From Candidatus Micrarchaeota archaeon (GTDB lineage Archaea; Micrarchaeota; Micrarchaeia; Micrarchaeales; CABMGC01), in assembly GCA_021827925.1 (NCBI GenBank), contig JAKATZ010000024.1:4726-68725 (forward strand): a stretch of 64,000 bases of DNA. Reading direction: 5' to 3'. Both the position numbers and the translations under genes were made by a program. Below are positions 54,424 through 63,057 of this stretch, in pieces. Every line of letters begins with the position of its first letter. The stretch's first letter is position 1. The notes under the pieces were generated by a model. It had not been told where the DNA came from and searched no databases. It was given only the letters and a program-made list of their open reading frames with translations.

Positions 54424-55380
54424 TTGATGGAAACGGGGAACGTTGCCGAAGGCTGGAGGACAGAAATAGCAGGCGTGATAGTTGCAGTTGCCGATCTTAT
54501 AGCAAGGATCATACTCTCTGAAGTCGAGGCCGCGAGGGAGAAGCAGAACATTCTCGCAAAGATGTACATGAAGCTAGAGCAGGATAAGCTTGAGAAGGCG
54601 ATGGCGCCGTACATAGGCGCAGTGGTTTTCCTCTCTTTTACAGGCAAGGAAGTGAACGGAAAGAGCATCGAGGGCATAGTAAGGTCGGCAGGAATAGAAC
54701 CGGAAGACAGGTTTCTGAAATTCGCGGCATCGCTTAATTTTGAGAACAGCATCATAGCATATGCACCTGCAGTATACTTCTTGAAAGTGGTGAGGAGGGA
54801 GATCACCGCAGAAAACGTGATGGCAGTAGTAGGCGCAATGGGAAAGAGCACCGACGAGAAGATAGCAAGACACGTGCTGGATATCTACAGTATGCAGAGC
54901 GCAGCAAGCAAGAAGAGCGCAGAGATAGGATTCGAGGAGAGGATGATAAGCTCGGTTAGGGAAGCTGCGACCATGCTCTCTAAGATAATGCTGATAGAGC
55001 TTGACAGGACCTTCGAGAAGAAGGACATCGCAGACCATATAGGGAAGGGATTCATACCTTACCTCGCAGCGGTAGGTACGCTAGTGTATGCCGGAGAGGA
55101 CATAGATGCGGTTGGTGCGGAGAAATTCTATAGATACATAGCAGCGATGGTTGAGGCAGTTGGGGTCGCCGCTGACAAGTCGATGCTTGAGTACGTATCG
55201 TCATTCAACTACGGCAGCTCCGGGTTCGTGTATGTCTCTGCCGCATATTACCTGAAATCAATTGGCATGAATGTGGATATACGACAGGTCATGGCCGTTG
55301 TAGCGGCATCCGGAGAGAATCCGGATGAGGCTACCGCGGGCTTTGTATTGACAATATACAAGGATTACAACAAGGTATAA
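54424..55380 (+). CDS. Protein built from four ribosomal-stalk-P1(N-terminal domain)-like half-repeats (two double units)
   Basis: 318 aa; the ATG is at 54427. YIGAVVFLSFTGKEVNGKSIEGIVRSAGIEPEDRFLKFAASL aligns position for position with my recollection of archaeal P1 (Y..AALLL...GKEI....I..VL.AAGVEVDE......AL). A second unit begins at YLAAVGTLVYAGEDID. There is no acidic stalk tail. Confidence 0.55.
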   Translation: MMETGNVAEGWRTEIAGVIVAVADLIARIILSEVEAAREKQNILAKMYMKLEQDKLEKAMAPYIGAVVFLSFTGKEVNGKSIEGIVRSAGIEPEDRFLKFAASLNFENSIIAYAPAVYFLKVVRREITAENVMAVVGAMGKSTDEKIARHVLDIYSMQSAASKKSAEIGFEERMISSVREAATMLSKIMLIELDRTFEKKDIADHIGKGFIPYLAAVGTLVYAGEDIDAVGAEKFYRYIAAMVEAVGVAADKSMLEYVSSFNYGSSGFVYVSAAYYLKSIGMNVDIRQVMAVVAASGENPDEATAGFVLTIYKDYNKV

Positions 55381-55404
55381 AAAACGATTATAATAGGTAT
55401 ATGC

Positions 55405-56118
55405 ATGGCTTCAGCAAAGACACAGGTCAACAAGATAAGCACAGGGGTTGTGGGCCTTGATGAGATGCTCTACGGAGGCATACCCGAGGGCAACCAGATG
55501 CTCATGGCCGGAGATGCGGGAACCGGAAAGACGCTGATGTCTTTCGAGATGCTGTACAGGAACGCGAACATAAATATACCGAGTACGTTCATAACACTCG
55601 AGGAGGGAAGGAAGTCGCTGCTCGAGAATGTTAAGGGAGCGTTCTCGTACTTTGATGACATCGACGACCTTGTGGATAGGAATATGATAACTGTAACTGA
55701 GCAGAAGGTAGTGGAGGCATTCAAATCGAGGGAGAGCCTGCAGTCGTTCATAGTGGGCATAAACAGGATAATTCAGGCAAACAGCTCAAGAATAGTTGTC
55801 TTTGACTCTATCTCGCCCATAAGGCCGCTGATAGACAGTGACAGGACGTTCACGCGGGCGATAAGCCAGATGATAGAGAACTTCAGGAACCTGGGCGTGA
55901 CTAGCATAGTCAACGTGGAGACTGCTTCGCCAACGCTCACAGAGGTTGCAGGGCTTTATGGCACGTACATGTTCGATGGGATAGTCAAGCTCAGCACTTA
56001 CAAGGAGCAGAACAGTTTTCAGTACCTGATTACCGTTGTCAAGATGAGGAGGTCGAATCACAAGAACAGCTCGATGCCTTTCGAGATAACGCCGAAGGGC
56101 TTCAACATATTCAGATAG
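55405..56118 (+). CDS. KaiC/RecA-superfamily single-domain ATPase (ArlH/KaiC-like), copy 1
   Basis: 237 aa. TGVVGLDEMLYGGIPEG is present, Walker A is GDAGTGKT and Walker B is IVVFDSI. KMRRSNH is the typical KaiC-like C-terminal motif. Confidence 0.85.
   Translation: MASAKTQVNKISTGVVGLDEMLYGGIPEGNQMLMAGDAGTGKTLMSFEMLYRNANINIPSTFITLEEGRKSLLENVKGAFSYFDDIDDLVDRNMITVTEQKVVEAFKSRESLQSFIVGINRIIQANSSRIVVFDSISPIRPLIDSDRTFTRAISQMIENFRNLGVTSIVNVETASPTLTEVAGLYGTYMFDGIVKLSTYKEQNSFQYLITVVKMRRSNHKNSSMPFEITPKGFNIFR
55450..55676 (+). repeat. Near-identical nucleotide block shared with 56986..57212 (KaiC-like copies 1 and 3)
   Basis: Compared base by base: about 227 nt with roughly 15 mismatches, including a perfect run of about 70 nt. 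The first 50 nt (55450..55499) are identical between copies 1 and 3, and a 33-nt core of that stretch (gctctacggaggcatacccgagggcaaccagat) also occurs in copy 2 at about 56236. Confidence 0.8.
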
Positions 56119-56158
56119 TTTTGAAGATGGAAAGACGTGGTATAAAAATATAAAAGCT

Positions 56159-56932
56159 TTGTGTGATATTAAGATTCCTGCCAGTGATTTGATGCGAGAA
56201 AGGATAGAAACGGGGATAGGGGGTATAGACCGTATGCTCTACGGAGGCATACCCGAGGGCAACCAGATAGTCATAGCAGGAGGTCCTGGTTCGGGAAAAA
56301 CTCTCCTCTGTTTCGAGTATCTTTACAACAACGCGATCAACGGGCAGATAGGGCTCTTCATCTCACTTGAGGAAGACACCGGGCTCATAATAGAGAATGC
56401 GAAGGAGGCATTCTCGGATTTCAAAGACATAGACAAAATGATAGCAGACAAGAAGATAGTCGTGCATGGGGCTAATGACACGAGATCGTACATACAGCGC
56501 GATGCCCAGGGATCATCTTACACATTCGGAAAGTTCGTCACCGAAATAGAGTCTTTGATAGAATCCACTAACGCCACGCGCGTTGTGATAGACTCGGTAT
56601 CGATAATAAAGCTTCTTATGAAGGATCCTTTCGAATACAGGAACACTTCGATGAGCCTTGTCGCGGTGTTGAGGAGGTCCAAGGTAACCGCGCTGCTTAC
56701 GATGGAGATAGAATCCTCGGAGAAGAACAAGCTGATATTCCAGCCGGAATTCTTTATATACGATGGCATAATAATAATGTATTCAAGCGCGGGGGAGGGA
56801 GGTAGCAGGATACCTACGATGGAGATAATTAAAATGAGAGGCTCGAACCACAGTTTCGCTACGGTGCCTTATGAAATAACCGCGGGTGGGATCAACCTCA
56901 TGCTGCTCGCCGAAAGGCGCGCTGACGGATAG
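56159..56932 (+). CDS. KaiC/RecA-superfamily single-domain ATPase, copy 2 (divergent)
   Basis: 257 aa with a TTG start, verified. Walker A is GGPGSGKT and Walker B is RVVIDSV. KMRGSNH is present. Confidence 0.8.
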   Translation: MCDIKIPASDLMRERIETGIGGIDRMLYGGIPEGNQIVIAGGPGSGKTLLCFEYLYNNAINGQIGLFISLEEDTGLIIENAKEAFSDFKDIDKMIADKKIVVHGANDTRSYIQRDAQGSSYTFGKFVTEIESLIESTNATRVVIDSVSIIKLLMKDPFEYRNTSMSLVAVLRRSKVTALLTMEIESSEKNKLIFQPEFFIYDGIIIMYSSAGEGGSRIPTMEIIKMRGSNHSFATVPYEITAGGINLMLLAERRADG

Positions 56933-56940
56933 ATGATGCG

Positions 56941-57654
56941 ATGGCAGCCGAGAACAAGATAGTAAACAGGATGAACACAGGGATAGTGGGCCTTGATGAG
57001 ATGCTCTACGGAGGCATACCCGAGGGCAACCAGATACTGATTGCGGGAGATGCAGGAACCGGAAAGACGCTGATGTCTTTCGAGATGCTGTACAGGAACG
57101 CGAACATAAATATACCGAGTACGTTTGTAACTCTTGAGGAGGGAAGGAAGTCGCTGCTCGAGAATGTTAAGGGAGCGTTCTCATATTTTGACAATATCGA
57201 CGATCTTGTGGAGAACAATACGATATCGATATCGGAACAGACAGCTATGAGCGCATTCAGATCGAAGGAAAGCTGGCAGACGTTCATAGTAGGCATAAAC
57301 AGGGTGCTGAAGGAAAACAACTCGAAGATACTGGTAGTGGATTCGCTTGCTCCGCTCAGGCCTCTTGCGGAGGATGACAGGACGTTCACGCGGGCGATAA
57401 ACCAGATGATAGAGAACTTCAGGAACCTGGGGATAACGAGTATCATAAATATGGAGACGTCATCAATGAACCTCACTGAGGTTTCAGGCCTTTACGGAAC
57501 GTTCATGTTCGATGGGATAATAAGACTTGGCACCTTCTACATGGAAGGCAGCTTCCAGTACCTGGTTACCGTTGTCAAGATGAGGAGGTCGAATCACAAG
57601 AACAGCTCGATGCCTTTCGAGATAACGCCGAAGGGGCTTAACGTATTTAGATAG
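56941..57654 (+). CDS. KaiC/RecA-superfamily single-domain ATPase, copy 3 (recent duplicate of copy 1)
   Basis: 237 aa, colinear with copy 1 at a constant offset of 1536 nt. It has the same Walker motifs. Confidence 0.85.
   Translation: MAAENKIVNRMNTGIVGLDEMLYGGIPEGNQILIAGDAGTGKTLMSFEMLYRNANINIPSTFVTLEEGRKSLLENVKGAFSYFDNIDDLVENNTISISEQTAMSAFRSKESWQTFIVGINRVLKENNSKILVVDSLAPLRPLAEDDRTFTRAINQMIENFRNLGITSIINMETSSMNLTEVSGLYGTFMFDGIIRLGTFYMEGSFQYLVTVVKMRRSNHKNSSMPFEITPKGLNVFR
56986..57212 (+). repeat. Partner of the repeat at 55450..55676
   Basis: See the partner entry. Further identical patches lie at about 55839..55895 vs 57375..57431 and 56032..56099 vs 57568..57635. Confidence 0.8.
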
Positions 57655-57665
57655 AGGAGTAGCGC

Positions 57666-58622
57666 ATGGAAAGGGTTCTGGTAACCGGCTCGACCGGATT
57701 TATAGGAAGGGAGCTTGTGCGGCGTCTGCTTGATAGCAACCGTGAAGTCCATACACTGGAAAGATACGTGACCGGGAGGTACAGCTTCGATGGCGGTGCA
57801 CGCGTGGTGAATCATCATGCGAGCCTTACAGATTATCCCGCAGTAAGGAACATAATAGGAGACGTCAGGCCGGATTACGTAATACACCTTGGAGCTGTGA
57901 GTGCGGTATCATTCTCTTATGACCATTATATAGAGATAAGCGATACGAACTATATAGGCACGATAAACCTCGCCGAGGCATGCTACAGGGAGGTGCCAGG
58001 ATTCTCGCAGTTCATTTTTGCAAACACGAGCGAGAGCTATGGAATGACTTTGAAGAGCAAGTCTGGGAAGTTAACCGAGGAATCGGAGTTCAACCCAAAC
58101 AGCCCGTACGCAGTTGCTAAGGTGGCATGCGAGATGTACCTCAGATACATGGGTCAGGCGTACAGGTTCCCTTACACTGCAATGAGGCCTTTCAATACCT
58201 ACGGTAGGAAGGAAAACGCCCATTTCTTCATAGAGAGGACGATAACCCAGATGCTTGCAGGAGAAACAGTACATCTAGGCGATCCTGAAACGGTTAGGGA
58301 CTGGCTTTACGTAGATGACCACGTTGACGGCTATATGAAGGCACTTGGGAACAAAAAGGCCGTAGGTGAATCAATAAATCTCTGCACTGGCAGGGGATAT
58401 ACCACAAAGGAAACTGCGGATATCATAGCGAAGCTTGCAGGGTTCAGTGGTAAGATCGTATGGAACTCCACACCAAGGAGGCCTCTTGACGCGAGGATCC
58501 TCATAGGAGACAACAGCAAGGCCAAGAAGCTGCTGGGGTGGGAGCCCAGATATCAGCTTGAGGAAGGGCTGGGCAAGATAATAGAGTATCTGAAGTCTAA
58601 GAAAGGAGACGCGCGGGCTTGA
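57666..58622 (+). CDS. NAD-dependent sugar epimerase/dehydratase (extended SDR)
   Basis: VLVTGSTGFIGRELVRRL is present, and the catalytic motif is YAVAKVACE (YxxxK). Confidence 0.85.
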   Translation: MERVLVTGSTGFIGRELVRRLLDSNREVHTLERYVTGRYSFDGGARVVNHHASLTDYPAVRNIIGDVRPDYVIHLGAVSAVSFSYDHYIEISDTNYIGTINLAEACYREVPGFSQFIFANTSESYGMTLKSKSGKLTEESEFNPNSPYAVAKVACEMYLRYMGQAYRFPYTAMRPFNTYGRKENAHFFIERTITQMLAGETVHLGDPETVRDWLYVDDHVDGYMKALGNKKAVGESINLCTGRGYTTKETADIIAKLAGFSGKIVWNSTPRRPLDARILIGDNSKAKKLLGWEPRYQLEEGLGKIIEYLKSKKGDARA

Positions 58623-58692
58623 TCCGGAAAGATAATGTCCTTACATTTGGATGCGAGGATTGCCGTCGATTTACTACTGTGGATCTGTAGAT

Positions 58693-59304
58693 TTAAGGCG
58701 TATTTAGCAGATGCTGCGGCACGGCGCTTGATGCTATGAAAAGCGCAAGCGCACTCCCCAGAAAGAGGAATACGCAGAAGATTGCTATCACAGCCACCCA
58801 CGCGATTGACCTGTTTTTGATTCCGGATTCCGCCCTGTCTATCATCAAGGATACGGGATACCCGAGTATTCCAACTATGCCGAATGATGAGTACAGACCT
58901 AGCAGGGCTATCGGTGCAGAAGTAAAGTTGAGATCGTATCCTGTAATCCCGTAGTATATCGCAACGGCACCGAGAAGCAGTGAGAGGATGCCTATGAAAC
59001 GTAGCTGCGATTTGATGCGCATGGCCCATGCAGTGCCTATGAATATTAGGCCTACAAGAGGGTAAATATCATAGAACAGGATGTTGTAGCTGCCTGGCAG
59101 GGGCCAGAAGAACTGGCCGTACAGTCCTGTCAGAAAGATGTATCCCCCCAGAAGGGCGAGAGGCAGAAAACCTGAGCGCATGCTCTCGGTGGATTTCTTC
59201 CCGCTCCGATATATCAGGTAGCTTTCTATTATTATATACAGCAGTATGAAACCGGCAAATCCAAGCACTATCAATTGTGAGGTAAGAAGGTCTACGAAAG
59301 GCAT
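58693..59304 (-). CDS. Polytopic membrane protein (DUF981-like, tentative)
   Basis: The internal ATG at 59304 (verified) gives MPFVDLL.... The protein has 6-7 TM segments, and WPLPGSYNILFYD resembles DUF981 as I recall it. Confidence 0.5.
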   Translation of the reverse strand: MPFVDLLTSQLIVLGFAGFILLYIIIESYLIYRSGKKSTESMRSGFLPLALLGGYIFLTGLYGQFFWPLPGSYNILFYDIYPLVGLIFIGTAWAMRIKSQLRFIGILSLLLGAVAIYYGITGYDLNFTSAPIALLGLYSSFGIVGILGYPVSLMIDRAESGIKNRSIAWVAVIAIFCVFLFLGSALALFIASSAVPQHLLNTP

Positions 59305-59370
59305 CCCAACACTAATGATACTGAAAAGGCTGCGTTTAAATAAGTAACGGTATCTACAATGCAACCCGGG

Positions 59371-60057
59371 TCAGAGATTCCCCAGCCGCACCTTTATCTC
59401 CTCGGAGCTTAACTTGGTGGTAAGAAGGGGGATGTGCTCTATCTGAGAAATCTTTACGGCCAGCTTGTCTACAGCGTCGAGATTCTGTATGACGACAAGG
59501 CGCGGTTTTATCGGAGCTACCCTTACTACGACCATGGGAGACCTCCCGGTACTTACCTGGTCAAAGATGAATGCCCTTTCGTTTGTAGTCCCGAATAGCC
59601 GAGGGTACTCCGCAGGAGATATCTCAAGTATGACCCGCAGGCTGTCAAGAAGGGTGTACCCGAAAAGCTTCATCGTATCCAGGTAGCTGGGATTCGCCAC
59701 TATCTTTGCGTCGATTATGCGCGCGAAGTCTATGCCGCTTATTGGAGCTGAAAAATCGCGTATGGAATAGAACGGCTCTTCGTTTGCGCTGTTGAATTTC
59801 TGTAGGTTGCGCACGACCTCCCCGCCGCGCTGCGCGTCTATCGAGAATAATGCATTTATGAAGCGCTTTATAACGCCAGCGCCAGGGCTGGCCCTCCTGT
59901 TGCCTTCGTAATCACTTATTGTAGATGTTGATATCTTCAGCAGCTTGGCAAGCTCTATCTGGGATATGCCGAACAGCTCGCGCCACTTCTTCATCGTACT
60001 GCCAGGTGTCTCTGAGAGGGTTATCTCTCCTGCTATGCGTTCCTGCAGGCTGTCCAT
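59371..60057 (-). CDS. XRE-type HTH transcriptional regulator with a conserved archaeal C-terminal domain
   Basis: The HTH is WRELFGISQIELAKLLKISTSTISDYEGNRR. The internal ATG at 60057 (verified) removes the overlap with 60129..60839. Confidence 0.7.
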   Translation of the reverse strand: MDSLQERIAGEITLSETPGSTMKKWRELFGISQIELAKLLKISTSTISDYEGNRRASPGAGVIKRFINALFSIDAQRGGEVVRNLQKFNSANEEPFYSIRDFSAPISGIDFARIIDAKIVANPSYLDTMKLFGYTLLDSLRVILEISPAEYPRLFGTTNERAFIFDQVSTGRSPMVVVRVAPIKPRLVVIQNLDAVDKLAVKISQIEHIPLLTTKLSSEEIKVRLGNL

Positions 60058-60128
60058 ATTTATCGTTAATATAGATAGTAAGCGAACCTTAATAAGGCTT
60101 TTGACGAAGTCTCTTGAAAGCAGAGGTA

Positions 60129-60839
60129 TTACTCTCCCCACATCTCGGCCTTGATGCTCTTCTCCTCTACTCCGAGAGAGATCAGTGCATCCTTCAGGGC
60201 TCTTACGAATGCCGGAGGGCCGCATATGTAGCTTATGCGTTCCTTGAAATCCGGCACATCCCTCTTTATCATGTCCGCATTCACGTGCCCTGTTTCCCCT
60301 TTCCAGATATCGTTCTCCCTCGGCCTTGTTACAGTGACGGTAGTCCTAAGGCCGTCTTCCAGCTCCATCCCCTTCAGTTCGTCAGCATAGATTATTTCGT
60401 CGGAATACTTGACGCTGTACATGAGGCTGCAGTCGAGCTTCTTACCAACGCTTTTTGCGTATCGCAGCATTGAAAGGAATGGCGCTATCCCCGTTCCTCC
60501 TGCGAGAAAGAGGAATTTGGTTCCTGAGTTTATCTCGAATTTGAACTGGCCGTAAGGAGCAGAAAGAAGATACACGTCGCCGAGCTTTGCAGCCTCCAGT
60601 TTCGAAGTCAGCCTGCCGTGTATGAGCGCTATCAGGAACTCGAATCTGTCGGCAGGGGGTGAATTTGCCATCGAGAAAGCCCTGGCGATGCTCTCTTTCT
60701 CGTCCTTATACTGAAGCATAGCAAACATTCCAGGCACAAAATCCACGCTGGTGCCATCCTTTGCCCTGAATACAAAAGAGGTTACTAGTGGTGTCAGTCG
60801 GGTTATTTTCTCCAGAACATAGGATTTGTTAAGTATCAT
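60129..60839 (-). CDS. FNR-like FAD/NAD(P)-binding oxidoreductase
   Basis: FVPGMFAMLQY, RAFSMANSP (the R.YS-type FAD motif) and LFLAGGTGIAPFLSML are present. Confidence 0.75.
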   Translation of the reverse strand: MILNKSYVLEKITRLTPLVTSFVFRAKDGTSVDFVPGMFAMLQYKDEKESIARAFSMANSPPADRFEFLIALIHGRLTSKLEAAKLGDVYLLSAPYGQFKFEINSGTKFLFLAGGTGIAPFLSMLRYAKSVGKKLDCSLMYSVKYSDEIIYADELKGMELEDGLRTTVTVTRPRENDIWKGETGHVNADMIKRDVPDFKERISYICGPPAFVRALKDALISLGVEEKSIKAEMWGE

Positions 60840-60932
60840 GGCAGCACAGGATATGATGCATAGTATATGGGGGAAACGCTTATAATGATAACCTTGCGGA
60901 CGGCGAAAAACGGAGAGGAAAAGCCGCTGAGA

Positions 60933-61271
60933 TCATTGCGTGCTCTTTATGCCGGTGAAGCCCTCCACGGCCTTCTCGAACTTCTCGAGCGCCTTTATGA
61001 TCTCCTTAAGTTTTGGATTTATGTTGTATCCGAGATCGTAGCCGCGCTCTGTACGGATGTGAGTAGGCTGCAGTATGTTAAGGTTCATTGAGAGATTCCT
61101 TAGGGTCAGTATCAGGGTTTTGCGGGTAAAACTCTTGCCGAGCAAAGTGTATAGTTCGCGGGTCGTCCTCGGCGACTTGATCATTAGCAGCTTCAGGACG
61201 GCATAATTCGGCTTGCTCAGAAGCTTCCTTATCATCCATACTCCGTCGTCGTCCTTTTCGCGCTTTGCCAT
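60933..61271 (-). CDS. Small winged-helix transcriptional regulator (tentative)
   Basis: 112 aa. YAVLKLLMIKSPRTTRELYTLLGKSFTRKTLILTLRNL looks like a wHTH. Confidence 0.5.
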   Translation of the reverse strand: MAKREKDDDGVWMIRKLLSKPNYAVLKLLMIKSPRTTRELYTLLGKSFTRKTLILTLRNLSMNLNILQPTHIRTERGYDLGYNINPKLKEIIKALEKFEKAVEGFTGIKSTQ

Positions 61272-61438
61272 GCTTGCACCCGATTGCGATAGTATTGAAA
61301 CGCCAAGTTTTATAAATGTATATTTATTTTATTGAGGTCTACTTTTTTTATTGGGCTAAACTATTTTTAGAAAAGTATAAAAACTTTTGTCCGCTTTAAT
61401 ACCATAATAAAATATACTTAAGTATATGAGAAGATACC

Positions 61439-62971
61439 ATGATAAAAGAAATTGTTGACTCTGCACTCGGAATGTTTTACGGAATGGCATTACAGGATGG
61501 GAAAAGTGCCGGGATGGGATTTTCTGTCGGAGCTCCGGCAGAGATCGGACAGGGGCAGCGCACGGCGGCGGGACCCGTAGAAAGGCGCTTCGTGCAGACA
61601 GGGGATACTTACGCGTATTCCATCGGCAGCGGCGCTGTCACCTGGCAGGAAATGAAGCTGATGGCGGTTGCAAAGACGAGGGTGAGAGAAAGGATCGCCG
61701 ACGCTGATTCGCATTGTCATGGCTTCTTTACGAAAGCGTCTGATCTGGCTAATGAGGCGCTGAATGAACTCGGCTGTCACGAGGAGGCGCGCTGGCTCTC
61801 TTATTTAATAGCGCACGACATGGCAGGATACGGCCCCATAAGCATATTGCTTGAGGACAGGGATAATATAGCAGGTGTGGAAGTTAAATCCGCTTTTTCG
61901 CCGATATTGGTGCTTTCGAAAAACCATGGGAGGTGCTTGACAAATCTCCGTTTTGCAGGAGAAGAGGCCTTCAGGAGTACTATGAACAGATTCGTACTCG
62001 AGAATGGAAGAGGTCTAGGGCAGGAAGGCGTGGAAATCGATGTGAGGATAAGAGATGCCATACCGCATGCGCTGGCAGGACCTTATGCGGGAAGAGGGCC
62101 CGCTGCCTCGATAATGACAGGCAGGAACATGGGAGCAGAGAATATCCTGCTTGACGGAACGGCAAGCCCGGATGTCATTGCATACCTATGGATTGCACTT
62201 GAGTCAAGAATGAACGTTATTGTTTCAGGCGGGCGTGCTAGCGGAAAGTCGGCTTTGATTTCAGCACTGGCGGGCTTCTTACCAAGGCATAGCAGACTAG
62301 CAGTGATCGGAAATCGGACCGATGAACCATTACCCATGGGACCTCTTTTCTGCGTTGCGTCTGTTGATGGGTCTGGATACGGGAATATCGATACGGGAGA
62401 ACAGGTGGCTGAATTGCTTGGGACAGGACCGGATAGGATGATCTTCGGTGAGGTCAGGGGAAGGGAGGCTGCAGCGCTTTTCTCAGGAGCAAATGAGGGA
62501 GTGCCATTTATAACCACTGTGCGCAGTGATGAAGGAGGACTTTCTCTGCCGGTAATGCTCAACGCAAAGCCCATATGCATAGGACCGGTGGCGCTGAGCA
62601 TGCTCGATCTTTCGGTGCACATGATGCGGACAGATCCAGAAACTGTACACATCGCTTCCATATCCGAGTACCTCTGGCTGAGCAGGGCGGAGACCGAGTG
62701 CGGATCGGATATCGGCAATGGAGATTCTGTTGAAGAGTTGCCGCTGCTTGAATACGGCACGTTCGGAAAAAACCTGGAAAGATCGAAGGTCTTGAAGGCG
62801 TATTCAAGAATGATGGGGGTAGGGATTGCATACGCAGTTGCAGAGCAGAAAGCCAGGGCTGATGCGATAAGGAAAGCGTTGGATGAGAAAGATAGCAGGG
62901 ATGGCCTGAAAAGGCTTGTCTCACATCATCTCGGCCTCATGAGCAGGAGGTACGATCAGCCAGTCGAATGA
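61439..62971 (+). CDS. Divergent type II/IV secretion-family ATPase (FlaI/ArlI-VirB11-PilB class)
   Basis: 510 aa. Walker A is SGGRASGKSA, and the Walker B region GPDRMIFGEVRGREAAALF is typical of the family. The Asp-box (IGNRTDEPL) and His-box (ITTVRSD) positions look degenerate. Confidence 0.7.
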   Translation: MIKEIVDSALGMFYGMALQDGKSAGMGFSVGAPAEIGQGQRTAAGPVERRFVQTGDTYAYSIGSGAVTWQEMKLMAVAKTRVRERIADADSHCHGFFTKASDLANEALNELGCHEEARWLSYLIAHDMAGYGPISILLEDRDNIAGVEVKSAFSPILVLSKNHGRCLTNLRFAGEEAFRSTMNRFVLENGRGLGQEGVEIDVRIRDAIPHALAGPYAGRGPAASIMTGRNMGAENILLDGTASPDVIAYLWIALESRMNVIVSGGRASGKSALISALAGFLPRHSRLAVIGNRTDEPLPMGPLFCVASVDGSGYGNIDTGEQVAELLGTGPDRMIFGEVRGREAAALFSGANEGVPFITTVRSDEGGLSLPVMLNAKPICIGPVALSMLDLSVHMMRTDPETVHIASISEYLWLSRAETECGSDIGNGDSVEELPLLEYGTFGKNLERSKVLKAYSRMMGVGIAYAVAEQKARADAIRKALDEKDSRDGLKRLVSHHLGLMSRRYDQPVE

Positions 62972-63057
62972 AGCCATAGGTATGCAAGGTTTTTCACGCG
63001 AATTTATAAATGGTGCGCGTGTATTATCCTAAGTATAAGGTTTGGGGTGTCGCATAG

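Noticed and set aside
62083-62760. 225-aa ORF antisense to the FlaI-like ATPase; similar cases at 45915..46499, 54192..54851 and 57006..57476
   Set aside because: This is the same pervasive antisense-ORF phenomenon. The sense strands carry Walker and other family motifs. It appears to be a property of this genome's codon bias, not overlapping genes.
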